From: a virus
Reading direction: 5' to 3' (one strand)
Length of the DNA: 64,000 bases
Virus record (IMG/VR): IMGVR_UViG_3300044961_000667
Within the stretch, counting starts at the first letter, position 1; each line of letters begins with the position of its first letter. Under the pieces are notes generated by a model. The model did not search any database. It was not told the DNA's origin and saw only the letters and a list, made by a program, of their open reading frames with translations. The position numbers were made by a program, and so were the translations under genes. Of the stretch, positions 32,712 to 40,573 are shown piece by piece.

Positions 32712-32758
32712 TCCGTCCACCTGTAGTCGGCGGTTGCTCGCCTATGAGCTACGAGGGC
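32712..32758 (-). pseudogene. 5' part of split tRNA-like gene (same GACUACA loop)
   Basis: GCCCTCG TA GCTC ATAGGC GAGC AA CCGCC GACTACA GGTGG ACGG. Confidence 0.8.
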
Positions 32759-33046
32759 CTGTTCCAACCTGAGGAGATCGTAACTCCTGCAGGAGTTTCG
32801 TCAAGTGACTGACTGCGCCGGCTCCTTGCAGTCGATGCAGTAGCCGCACGAGCCGCACCGGTACTTCACCCAAACGCCCTGCACCTTCGACACCCCCGCC
32901 GAGCGTCCGTCCTCCTGGCGCGTGATGCCAGGCTTCTTGCACTGCGGGCAGATGCCTTGCTTCAGCTTCTCGTCGATCTGCTGACTCCATTCCTGGATGG
33001 CAGCGACAACGTCCTGAGGCGGCTCTTTCACTTCTCCTCCGTACCA

Positions 33047-33426
33047 TGGAGCTGCGGGGAATCGAACCCCGGTCCGAAAGCCTTCAGTCCTTCGACTCTA
33101 CGTGCGTAGCCGCTGTCACCGCGGCCGAGTCCTGCTGCCCGCTGGTCTTTCCCCGCATTCGCCGAGCGGACTGGGCGGGGGCAACTCCTGGGTGGGTTTC
33201 GCCTCGCCAGCTACGCAGGAGCGCCTCGCTGGTTCGACGGAGAGCTAAGACTTTCGGTCCGCTCTCAAGCCCTGATCAGGGCAACCGCTCACGCGGCTGC
33301 GAGCATCGGGGCCGCCTCGACGTTGTCGTTGGCGGTTGTGGTTTCTCACTGGGATTTACGAGCACAGCGAGCTGCTCGGCACGCATCTCAGGTCGTCTTT
33401 GCCCCCGTCGAATCCAGTTCAGCCCC
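33047..33426 (-). ncRNA. ssrA: tmRNA; tag peptide ANDNVEAAPMLAAA
   Basis: 5' GGGGCTGAACTGGATTCGAC, 3' GGTTCGATTCCCCGCAGCTCCA, G3-U70; tag frame 33333-33289. Confidence 0.95.
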
Positions 33427-33806
33427 GTTCACTGCTTCCTTCAAGCAACGGCGATAGGCGCCCGTGCCGAACATCCGGTCGGTGCGCCCAACGCAGGGAG
33501 TTGTGGTCCCCCGCATCGCCGTCCTCATCATCTCGCGCGTCGGTGTCGCCTGCACTTTTCGCACTGGCCCGTGCTGTCGAACACGCACAGCTCCTGATTC
33601 ACACCGCATCCCACGTACTGCGCGACCGAGTCGACGCGGAGCTGGGCTTCGTGGCCGCTCTCACGCGAGTCCGCTGCTCTCTGCGACTGCTCGTTCTGCG
33701 TCATGGGGGTGCGCCTTCTGTTCTTGGTCGAACTGACTGTCAAGATCATCAATGACACCAGTGGACAGTGTTCGTCAAGGGGAACCGGACAGCAGCGACA
33801 GTTTCT

Positions 33807-33872
33807 CGACCCGTCCAGGAGTCGAACCCAGCACCACGCCCTTAGAAGGGGCCGGCGGATCCATCACGGGCC
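33807..33872 (-). tRNA. tRNA-Arg(UCU), D arm reduced (66 nt)
   Basis: GCCC CTTCTAA GGGC; T arm and acceptor intact. Confidence 0.7.
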
Positions 33873-33885
33873 TCAACAACAACAG

Positions 33886-33970
33886 CGGAGCGCCCGAGAG
33901 TCGAACTCGGCTGACCCGTGAAGGTCGTCGCGTTAGCAGTGCGATGCCGTCCCACGCTGGCTCACGCTCC
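33886..33970 (-). tRNA. tRNA-Ser(GCU)
   Basis: Loop CTGCTAA, long V arm, G73. Confidence 0.9.
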
Positions 33971-33973
33971 ATG

Positions 33974-34061
33974 CGGAAAAGGCGAGAGTCGAACTCGCAG
34001 ACCGCCCGAAGACGATCGTCCGCTTTCCAAGCGGGTGGGCTCACCAGTGCCCAGCTTCTCC
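33974..34061 (-). tRNA. tRNA-Ser(GGA)
   Basis: Loop TTGGAAA, long V arm. Confidence 0.9.
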
Positions 34062-34064
34062 ATG

Positions 34065-34153
34065 CGGAGCGGGTCCGAGTCGAACGGACAGCCCGCCTTT
34101 CGACGAGCAAGCGCTTTCGAGACGCTCTGACTTGCCTGTGTGCAAACCGCTCC
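34065..34153 (-). tRNA. tRNA-Ser(CGA)
   Basis: Loop CTCGAAA, long V arm. Confidence 0.9.
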
Positions 34154-34249
34154 AGAAACACCCTCAGATGACCGCCTGAGGGGCGCGGGGGCCTGTTGGC
34201 CGAGATGCCCCTAGCTGTCGCCAGTTCGTGAGCGTCTCGGGACGGCTTG

Positions 34250-34336
34250 CGGAAGACGGAGGACTCGAACCCCACACCCACTCGGGGTGCCGACCGCTTT
34301 CAAGGCGGGCCAGCGTCCATCACTGGTTCATCTTCC
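34250..34336 (-). tRNA. tRNA-Ser(UGA)
   Basis: Loop CTTGAAA, long V arm. Confidence 0.9.
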
Positions 34337-34337
34337 A

Positions 34338-34667
34338 TCACTGCGATCGCGGCTGATCGGCGTTCCAGACGGAGCGGCCCATCGCTCCCTCATCGGCCTC
34401 AGCGTTCTTCAACATCGAGTAGTAGTCCGGTCGCTCCTTCAGGTGCGCCCAGGCGATCTTCCCGATGTCGAGCAGGTCGTCAACCACGTCGGTCTCCGGG
34501 TCGACGTCATGCTCCGACTCAACCCCGAGACCGGCCGCGAACTCTCCGAGGTCGACCTGGCTCCAGTCGATCCCCAGCTGGTCGCCAACCCACTTCGCCA
34601 GCTCAGGGCTCCATGCCGGCGCCTCGCCGACCTCTTCCTTCAGCTGCCTGACGAGCTTCCTGAGCAT
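34338..34667 (-). CDS. DUF5661-like protein
   Basis: GIDW...EFAAGLGVESEH...KIAWAHLKERPDYYSML. Confidence 0.75.
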   Translation of the reverse strand: MLRKLVRQLKEEVGEAPAWSPELAKWVGDQLGIDWSQVDLGEFAAGLGVESEHDVDPETDVVDDLLDIGKIAWAHLKERPDYYSMLKNAEADEGAMGRSVWNADQPRSQ

Positions 34668-34707
34668 GCGGTGGCCTCCGGGCGCACAGTACACCCAGAG
34701 GCCACCC

Positions 34708-35250
34708 TCAGTCTTCCAGCTCGGTGTTCCAGTACGCCACCGAGGCGAGCCACTGCTTCCACGGCTCGGGCATGCCCTTCTTCCAGGTGAAGGTGAGCCG
34801 CACCGACTCGGGCAACGACTTCGGCTTCACCGGCACCTGCAGGAGCTTCATGCCTGCCTGCGCTGGCGTCCGACCGCCCTTCTTCTGGTTGCAGGGCGTG
34901 CACGACACCACGATGTTCTCCCACGTCGTGTGGCCGCCCTGCGTGCGCGGGACGACGTGGTCGTACGTGAAGTCGTGCCTGGGCACCTTCGCCGAGCAGT
35001 ACTGGCACTTGCCCTTGTCTCGCGTGAAGACGTTCTCGCGACTGAACTTGATCGCCTTCTTCTTGCCGCGGATCGCCCGGAGGAACCGGATCACCGACGG
35101 CACCTTGAACTCCAACGTCATCGAGCGGACGGTCTTGTCCTCGTACTCCTCGACGACTTCCACCTTCTCCTCCCAGAGGAGGGTGATCGCCCGTTGCCAG
35201 CTCACGCGGGCAACCGGGGTGTAGCCAACATCGAGCACCAGCGTTTCCAC
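34708..35250 (-). CDS. HNH endonuclease (McrA-like)
   Basis: TLVLD..Y.P...WQRAI...PSVIR...SRENVFTRD...CQYC...DHVVPR.QGG.TTWEN...C..CN. Confidence 0.9.
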   Translation of the reverse strand: METLVLDVGYTPVARVSWQRAITLLWEEKVEVVEEYEDKTVRSMTLEFKVPSVIRFLRAIRGKKKAIKFSRENVFTRDKGKCQYCSAKVPRHDFTYDHVVPRTQGGHTTWENIVVSCTPCNQKKGGRTPAQAGMKLLQVPVKPKSLPESVRLTFTWKKGMPEPWKQWLASVAYWNTELED

Positions 35251-35288
35251 GTTGCCCGTCCTTTCTGCGGCCTTCGCCGCGGTGAGTG

Positions 35289-35373
35289 TAGTCCCGGCCG
35301 GACTCGAACCGGCACGGCCTTTGTGGCCACTGGGGTTTGAGCCCAGCGCGTCTACCGACTCCGCCACGGGACC
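35289..35373 (-). tRNA. tRNA-Leu(CAA)
   Basis: Loop CTCAAAC, long V arm. Confidence 0.9.
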
Positions 35374-35378
35374 ATCTG

Positions 35379-35467
35379 TGCTCGGGGCGAGACTCGAACT
35401 CGCATGAGGCTTTCGCCCCACCGGCTTCTGAGGCCGGCGTGTCTACCGAAGGTTCCACCACCCGAGC
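35379..35467 (-). tRNA. tRNA-Leu(CAG)
   Basis: Loop CTCAGAA. Confidence 0.9.
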
Positions 35468-35478
35468 ATGCACTTCAG

Positions 35479-35565
35479 TGGTCCGGGCGAGAGTCGAACT
35501 CGCATGATCTTTCGATCGGCAGGCTCTCAACCTGCTGTGTCTACCGGAGGTTCCACCACCGGACC
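35479..35565 (-). tRNA. tRNA-Leu(GAG)
   Basis: Loop TTGAGAG. Confidence 0.9.
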
Positions 35566-35569
35566 AAAG

Positions 35570-35642
35570 TACCCGCTCTCGGAATCGAACCGAGCCCTCC
35601 GCCTTGTGAAAACGGCGCTCTCACCAGTTGAGCTACGCGGGC
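35570..35642 (-). tRNA. tRNA-Val(CAC)
   Basis: Loop TTCACAA. Confidence 0.85.
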
Positions 35643-35645
35643 ATG

Positions 35646-35717
35646 TCGTGAGCCTGGGAGTCGAACCCAGCTGGGCGGATTATGAGACCGCTGCCTTCCC
35701 TCGATGGCTTGCTCACG
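35646..35717 (-). tRNA. tRNA-Met/Ile2(CAU)
   Basis: Loop CTCATAA. Confidence 0.85.
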
Positions 35718-35720
35718 GAG

Positions 35721-35793
35721 TAGCAGGGGCTGGGATCGAACCAGCGTTCTCCAGGTTATGAGCCTGGCGAGATGACCTCTTCTCCACCCTGCA
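35721..35793 (-). tRNA. tRNA-fMet-like (CAU)
   Basis: Loop CTCATAA; unpaired 1:72. Confidence 0.85.
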
Positions 35794-35794
35794 G

Positions 35795-35868
35795 TACTCC
35801 CGGAGGGACTCGAACCCCCAGCCTCTTCGTTCGTAGCGAAGCGATCTGATCCGTTGATCTACGGGAGC
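35795..35868 (-). tRNA. tRNA-Arg(ACG)
   Basis: Loop CTACGAA. Confidence 0.9.
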
Positions 35869-35880
35869 ATCAAACAACAG

Positions 35881-35954
35881 CGGTCTCGGCGGGACTCGAA
35901 CCCGCGGCCTTTCGCTTCGGAGGCGAACGCTCTCATCCACTGAGCTACGAGACC
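35881..35954 (-). tRNA. tRNA-Arg(CCG)
   Basis: Loop CTCCGAA. Confidence 0.9.
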
Positions 35955-35956
35955 AG

Positions 35957-36029
35957 CGTTCCCGGAGGGACTCGAACCCCCGACTTCTCCGTTAGGACCG
36001 GAGCACTCTTCCAACTGAGCTACGGGAAC
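35957..36029 (-). tRNA. tRNA-Arg(CCU)
   Basis: Loop GTCCTAA. Confidence 0.85.
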
Positions 36030-36035
36030 ATCCTG

Positions 36036-36106
<71 letters not shown>

Positions 36107-36505
36107 TCAACCAACCACGTACTTCTCAGCCAACTTCACACCGGACTTCTGACCGTTCTTGGCAGGCTCGACCCGAAGCTGCCCGCCAACGGCCCCAACC
36201 TCCTCGACCGGGACCAGATACACCGCATCCAACTCTGGGCAGTGGACGCCGAAGAACTCGACCTCACCGCGGTACGACTTTCTCCCAGTCCCTCGGTGAG
36301 CCGAGTTGCTGCTGGTGTCGAAGACAACCGCTCCATTCTTGAGCCGCCCAGTCTTGCACTGCACTCGCTGGAACCCGGCATCAGTGTCGATCACCAGGTC
36401 GTAGCGCTGGTTCTCTCCAATCGGGAGCAGCACCGTCCTCCCGGTCTTGAGCAACGCCGCCATCACCGCACCCTCTGTTCTCGTCCCCTGCGCCTTGGTG
36501 TTCAT
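36107..36505 (-). mobile_element. PD-(D/E)XK endonuclease (group I intron-associated type)
   Basis: G...E......LLP.GENQRYDLVID...RVQCKTGR...Y.GEVEFF. Confidence 0.85.
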
Positions 36506-36520
36506 GCTCCACATCTACCA

Positions 36521-36567
36521 CACCGCTCGGACACCAGCCGAGTGCTCTGCCTTCGAGCTGCGGGGGC
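36521..36567 (-). pseudogene. 5' fragment of tRNA-Thr(GGU), no T arm
   Basis: GCCCCCG CA GCTC GAAGGCA GAGC A CTCGG CTGGTGT CCGAG CGGTG. Confidence 0.85.
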
Positions 36568-36571
36568 GCTG

Positions 36572-36644
36572 TGGATCTGGCCGGACTCGAACCGGCAACC
36601 TTCTGCGTGCAAAGCAGCCGCTCTCCCATTGGAGCTACAGACCC
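36572..36644 (-). tRNA. tRNA-Ala(UGC)
   Basis: Loop TTTGCAC, G3-U70. Confidence 0.9.
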
Positions 36645-36649
36645 TTCAG

Positions 36650-36722
36650 TGGAACCGGCGGGACTTGAACCCGCCACCTCTCGCATGCGAAGCGAGCGCT
36701 CTCCCAGATGAGCTACGGCCCC
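36650..36722 (-). tRNA. tRNA-Ala(CGC)
   Basis: Loop TTCGCAT, G3-U70. Confidence 0.9.
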
Positions 36723-36727
36723 AGGTG

Positions 36728-36798
36728 TGCGCGAGCAGGGAGTCGAACCCTGTCGTCTCCCGCGTCGGGGGAGTGCTCTACCGGTGAGCTACACGCGC
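36728..36798 (-). tRNA. tRNA-Val(GAC), C33
   Basis: Loop CCGACGC. Confidence 0.85.
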
Positions 36799-36887
36799 AT
36801 GGGCAGGCGGTGCTTTCGCCGAGCTGCCAGCAGTCACCACGTTCGTGACCCCGGCCCTGCTCGGTAGACTGCCACCTCTCCTGCTTG

Positions 36888-36960
36888 TGGACCCGGCGGG
36901 GATCGAACCCGCTACCTCTCGCATGCCATGCGAGCGCTCTCCCAAGTGAGCTACAGGCCC
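36888..36960 (-). tRNA. tRNA-Ala(GGC)
   Basis: Loop ATGGCAT, G3-U70. Confidence 0.9.
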
Positions 36961-37052
36961 TAAGCGAGGCAGTTCGTAACGCTGCCTGCCCGGCTTTCCA
37001 CCGGCGCGGGTTGATCAGACCCACGAGACTTGCCCGGAGCGACCGGGCCATG

Positions 37053-37125
37053 TGCCGTCCCTCGGAATCGAACCGAGATCCTCCGCTCTTCAGGCGGGTG
37101 CATGGACCACCACTGCCAAGACGGC
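37053..37125 (-). tRNA. tRNA-Phe(GAA)
   Basis: Loop CTGAAGA. Confidence 0.9.
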
Positions 37126-37134
37126 GTACTTCAG

Positions 37135-37206
37135 CGGACCCGAACGGAATCGAACCGTCCTCGCCGGCGTGACAGGCCGGTCGCCTCACCAGATGCGTAC
37201 GGATCC
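37135..37206 (-). tRNA. tRNA-Asp(GUC)
   Basis: Loop CTGTCAC, G73. Confidence 0.9.
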
Positions 37207-37211
37207 AACAG

Positions 37212-37294
37212 GGCGACTGGAGAGAATCGAACTCTCACTGAGCTTTCGCTCGCGGGGTCACAACCCGCTGGGAACCCATTTCCCATCAGCCGCC
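37212..37294 (-). tRNA. tRNA-His(GUG) with long variable arm
   Basis: Loop TTGTGAC; G-1:C73; V arm GAGC-GAAA-GCTC. Confidence 0.85.
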
Positions 37295-37302
37295 AGAAGA
37301 AA

Positions 37303-37422
37303 TCTGCTCCACCCGAGTGAGGAAGGCATGAAACGGGTTTGAACCGTCTGGTCGATTTAGCAGATCGACTGATCACCAAGATCAGTAGTGCGTGTGAGCC
37401 ATCCTCGGCCGGGTGGTGCAGA
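37303..37422 (-). ncRNA. tRNA-mimic RNA (D, anticodon and T arms on a long imperfect stem)
   Basis: GATC TTGGT GATC / GTCGAT CTGCTAA ATCGAC / ACGG TTCAAAC CCGT inside TCTGC..CCACCCG..GAGGA terminal stem. Confidence 0.65.
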
Positions 37423-37423
37423 G

Positions 37424-37495
37424 TCCGCCGCAGTGGAATCGAACCACTTGCCTCTCGCTTATCAGGCGAGTGCTCTTCCAGTGAGCTACCGGCGG
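37424..37495 (-). tRNA. tRNA-Ile(GAU)
   Basis: Loop CTGATAA. Confidence 0.9.
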
Positions 37496-37504
37496 GCACG
37501 TCAG

Positions 37505-37578
37505 TCAGGGTGGCTGGGATCGAACCAGCGACCTCCTGCATCCGAAGCAGGCGCGCTACCAGGCTGCGCTACACCCTG
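37505..37578 (-). tRNA. tRNA-Pro(CGG)
   Basis: Loop TTCGGAT. Confidence 0.9.
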
Positions 37579-37588
37579 TTGAGTCAAG

Positions 37589-37625
37589 TCAGGTCGGCTG
37601 GGATCGAACCAGCGATCTCCTGCAT
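37589..37625 (-). pseudogene. 3' half of split tRNA-Pro(GGG)
   Basis: AT GCAGG AGATC GCTGG TTCGATC CCAGC CGACCTG A. Confidence 0.9.
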
Positions 37626-38035
37626 CACCAGACGTGGTCACTGGCCAGCAGGATGTTCTTCTTGGCCCCATTCGCGGGGGCCTCCAATCTCACATGCAGG
37701 ATCGACTTCCCCTGGAACTCCTCAGGCAGGAAGGCCGTCACCACGTCCATCTCAGGCAGATACACCAGAAGCAGGTCAACCTCCCCGACCTCATACTTCT
37801 TGAACGACTTGTTGCTCGGTCCCACCCACGTCCTCAGAGCCACAGTCGCCACGCCGGACGAATGAGACGACTTGCCGCCTCCATACTTCGCTTGGGCCCG
37901 GATCAACCTAACACCATCATCCAGAACCAGATCGTACCTGGCATCGGTTGTGGGCCGACTGACGACAAACCCCTTCTCAATCGCCCTCTGCTGCGCCTTC
38001 AGCGATGCCACTTCACCCTTCTGCCTGGTGTCCAC
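37625..38035 (-). mobile_element. PD-(D/E)XK endonuclease inside split tRNA-Pro
   Basis: KGE......GFVVSRP...RYDLVLD...RAQAK...Y...EVDLLLVY. Confidence 0.85.
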
Positions 38036-38066
38036 TTCTCTTGCGTACCACACAGGAGAACATCTG

Positions 38067-38138
38067 TCGAAGAGACTGGACTCGAACCAGCATCCTCACG
38101 GCCCCCAGCCGTGCGCTCCACCATTGAGCTACTCCTCG
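38067..38138 (-). tRNA. tRNA-Pro(GGG), intact copy nested inside the split gene
   Basis: Loop CTGGGGG. Confidence 0.9.
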
Positions 38139-38143
38139 TCACG

Positions 38144-38178
38144 CCCGAGCAGGCGCGGTACCACTCCGCTACGACCTG
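38144..38178 (-). pseudogene. 5' half of split tRNA-Pro(GGG)
   Basis: CAGGTCG TA GCGG AGTGGTA CCGC G CCTGC TCGGG; pairs perfectly with the 3' half. Confidence 0.9.
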
Positions 38179-38182
38179 AAAG

Positions 38183-38254
38183 TCTGGAAGGCGGGGATCG
38201 AACCCGCGACCTCTCGCGTCCAAGGCGAGCGCCCTACCGCTGGACTACTTCCAG
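38183..38254 (-). tRNA. tRNA-Pro(UGG)
   Basis: Loop CTTGGAC. Confidence 0.9.
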
Positions 38255-38438
38255 TTGTGCAATCGATTGCGTTCAAAACTGTGCAGTGCGGACTGGCGGT
38301 TTGCACCCGCTGCACCGCATTGTCGGCCTGGCCTCAATAGGCCGCACGGTCCCACGCCGTCGAACGCCAGGACCTGCACCAACCACCGCCATGTTCGACC
38401 TGCCAAGCGGTGCCCGTTCATGCCGGGATGCTGCACAG

Positions 38439-38510
38439 TACCCCGTACGAGAATCGAACTCGTTTCGCTCGCTTGAAGGGCGAGGGGCCTAACCAATGGC
38501 CGAACGGGGC
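38439..38510 (-). tRNA. tRNA-Glu(UUC), C33, intact copy downstream of HNH
   Basis: CTCGC CCTTCAA GCGAG. Confidence 0.85.
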
Positions 38511-38845
38511 TTCTCTGCTCGATCATGCGTCCTCTGCCGATGACAGTTGGCGCAGACCACTTCACATTTCTCGATCTCGGCTACGACCTTCTCAGGTCCG
38601 ACACCGTGCCTCTTGAACTGCCCCAGGCTGAACTCCTTCCGACCCCTGACGTGATCAAAGTCCATCACCCATGGCGGATAGGCGACACCGCAGTCCGCGC
38701 ACGGCCTGGACTTGGCTTTGTCGATGATCGCCTTGATCGTCTCTTTGTAGGCCGCTGCCGCTCTGATGTACGAGATCTTGTTCTTCTCGTAGTGCCTGCG
38801 GCTGTACTCGGCCTGCTTCGACTTCGACGGCTCTCTGAGCGGCAT
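38489..38845 (-). mobile_element. HNH endonuclease, paralog of 32178-32705
   Basis: PCADCG...VMDFDHVRG...KCEVVCANCHRQRT; last codons overlap tRNA-Glu. Confidence 0.9.
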
Positions 38846-38872
38846 TCTTCGTCATACCACTTGACGAACCTT

Positions 38873-38924
38873 TCGTCACTCCACCTTGAAAGGGTGTCGG
38901 CCTCACCTGAAGCACCAACGGGGC
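38873..38924 (-). pseudogene. 5' fragment of tRNA-Glu(UUC)
   Basis: GCCCCGT...CACC CTTTCAA GGTG, then AGTG ACGA and breaks off. Confidence 0.8.
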
Positions 38925-38929
38925 TGAAG

Positions 38930-39000
38930 TACCGCGTACGGGTGTCGAACCCGTCTCACTGGGCTGAGAACCCAGGGACCTCCCGGAAGTCGAACGCGGC
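38930..39000 (-). tRNA. tRNA-Glu(CUC)
   Basis: Loop TTCTCAG. Confidence 0.9.
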
Positions 39001-39006
39001 TTGAAG

Positions 39007-39079
39007 AGGCGGAGGCGGGAGTCGAACCCGCTCGATGTCGGTTTTGCAGACCGATGCCTTCCCAGTTGGCTACTCCGCC
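39007..39079 (-). tRNA. tRNA-Cys(GCA)
   Basis: Loop CTGCAAA, U73. Confidence 0.9.
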
Positions 39080-39101
39080 AGGGAAAGACGAGACTGTGCA
39101 C

Positions 39102-39458
39102 ATGAAGCGCGTGCTGTGCCTTGATGACGACGACATGGTGGCCCGGCTCATCGCCGAGGTGGTCGAGTTCTGCGGACACGAGCCCGTTCGAGAGAGCGAC
39201 CCGCTGAAGGCTTCCTCGGACCACCTCCACGACCGGAAGATCGCTGCGGTGCTCACCGACTACATGATGCCTCGCCTCGATGGCGTCGACGTTCTGGTGG
39301 TCTGGCAGGAGTCTCGACCCGAGGTGCGCCGAGTGCTGATCACCGCGGCCCCGAACGAGCCGGCGGTGAAAGAGGCCCTCCGCACCGGCGTCGCTCAGAT
39401 GGTGATCGCTAAGCCTCCGACGATCGCCGACATCAAGATGGCCCTGGCCTGGCTCTGA
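39102..39458 (+). CDS. Single-domain response regulator (CheY-like receiver)
   Basis: VLCLDDD, TDYMMPRLDG, LITA, IAKP. Confidence 0.9.
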   Translation: MKRVLCLDDDDMVARLIAEVVEFCGHEPVRESDPLKASSDHLHDRKIAAVLTDYMMPRLDGVDVLVVWQESRPEVRRVLITAAPNEPAVKEALRTGVAQMVIAKPPTIADIKMALAWL

Positions 39459-39459
39459 G

Positions 39460-40023
39460 CTACCGCTTCTTCCTCGCCAGTCGCTCCTCCAGCTGCTGAA
39501 CCGACATCTGGATGGAGTCGTTGATCGACCGCATCATGTCCTGCCGGAGCTTGTACTCCAGCTCCTGCAGCTTCTTGTCGGAGGCGTCCTTCGACTCCTT
39601 CTCGCGCTGGCGGTAGTACTCACCCTGTTTCTCGATGCGCTGGTCCACCGCCTGCCGGATCTCCGAGACCGTTCCCTTCATGGCCTCGATGGCCGACAGC
39701 ACCTGCTTCATCTCGGTCTGAACGTTGCCGACCGACTTGTCGATACCGGCCAGGGCGTCGCTCTGCTCGTCGAACTTGTCGTCGTGCTCGTCGAGCCGCT
39801 CTTCGGTCTTCTGCTTGTCCTTGTCCTCGCGGTCGACCGTCCGCGAGCCCAGCCACTTGACGAAGCCAACGACGGCTCCGATCAACTGGGTGACGACTGC
39901 TGCTCCGACCAGCAAGTACAGCCCGGTCAGCCCGTCACCTGCTGGCGCTGGCGGTGGGGTTGCTGCTGCGGCTCCTGCCGCCGCCGCCGCCGCCGGGCCC
40001 GCCGCCAAGATCAACAGGTTCAA
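39460..40023 (-). CDS. Single-TM coiled-coil membrane protein
   Basis: Hydrophobic segment followed by heptad repeats. Confidence 0.7.
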   Translation of the reverse strand: MNLLILAAGPAAAAAAGAAAATPPPAPAGDGLTGLYLLVGAAVVTQLIGAVVGFVKWLGSRTVDREDKDKQKTEERLDEHDDKFDEQSDALAGIDKSVGNVQTEMKQVLSAIEAMKGTVSEIRQAVDQRIEKQGEYYRQREKESKDASDKKLQELEYKLRQDMMRSINDSIQMSVQQLEERLARKKR

Positions 40024-40026
40024 GAA

Positions 40027-40383
40027 CTACTCCTTGCTCGACAGATCGTCGTCGTCGTCGGGCTCTTCAGAGGGCACCGCCGACACCGGAGTCGCTGGCG
40101 GGAGGTTCACCTGCAGCTTGGCCGCAATGGCGTCCACCACCTTCGACGTGTGCCGGCTTTCCATCTGCATCGACATCATCAGCTTCTCGCCTCGGAGCGT
40201 GCGCTCGTCGACATGCTTCACGGCGGTCTTCAGTGCCGCCAGGTCCTCGCCGAAGCCGGCCATTTTGGACCTCATCTCGTGCATGTCCTCTTCGAGCTTT
40301 GCCACTCGCGAGGCCAGGCTGATGGCCGTCGGCTTCCGCTTTCTTGGGGCCGTACGGAGGCCCCTCCCTCTGGTGTCACGCAA
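40027..40383 (-). CDS. Coiled-coil hypothetical protein
   Basis: ORF with acidic tail. Confidence 0.65.
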   Translation of the reverse strand: MRDTRGRGLRTAPRKRKPTAISLASRVAKLEEDMHEMRSKMAGFGEDLAALKTAVKHVDERTLRGEKLMMSMQMESRHTSKVVDAIAAKLQVNLPPATPVSAVPSEEPDDDDDLSSKE

Positions 40384-40492
40384 AGTCGCTCTCCGAAGAA
40401 GCGGTCCACGGTCGTGGTTCTCTCACGGCCTGCTGTTGGTTGACTGCTCCATCTTTCGCCCTCTTCTGGGCATCCGTCAACTGTCACTGATG

Positions 40493-40567
40493 CGTACCCT
40501 CTCGGAATCGAACCGAGCACCGTCGGCTTAACAGGCCGCTGCTATCAACCAGACCAGCTCAGGGCAC
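40493..40567 (-). tRNA. tRNA-Asn(GUU)
   Basis: Loop CTGTTAA, G73. Confidence 0.85.
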
Positions 40568-40573
40568 ATCGTA

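Noticed and set aside
33430..33760. RNase P or SRP RNA upstream of tmRNA
   Set aside because: Lacks the GAGGAAAGUCC and CAGG..GGAA..AGCA signatures
34708..35250. HNH gene as an eighth cut-and-patch element
   Set aside because: No duplicated flanking gene piece found; genome-typical codon use; followed by a simple hairpin
37589..38178. Group I intron explanation for the split tRNAs
   Set aside because: Inserts are almost fully occupied by a tRNA and an ORF, leaving no room for a ribozyme core; a replacement tRNA would be unnecessary if splicing occurred
38439..38510. Reading CCTTCAA as a UCA (opal/Sec) anticodon
   Set aside because: The perfect CTCGC/GCGAG stem centres UUC; no Sec-type long arms; matches the upstream Glu fragment
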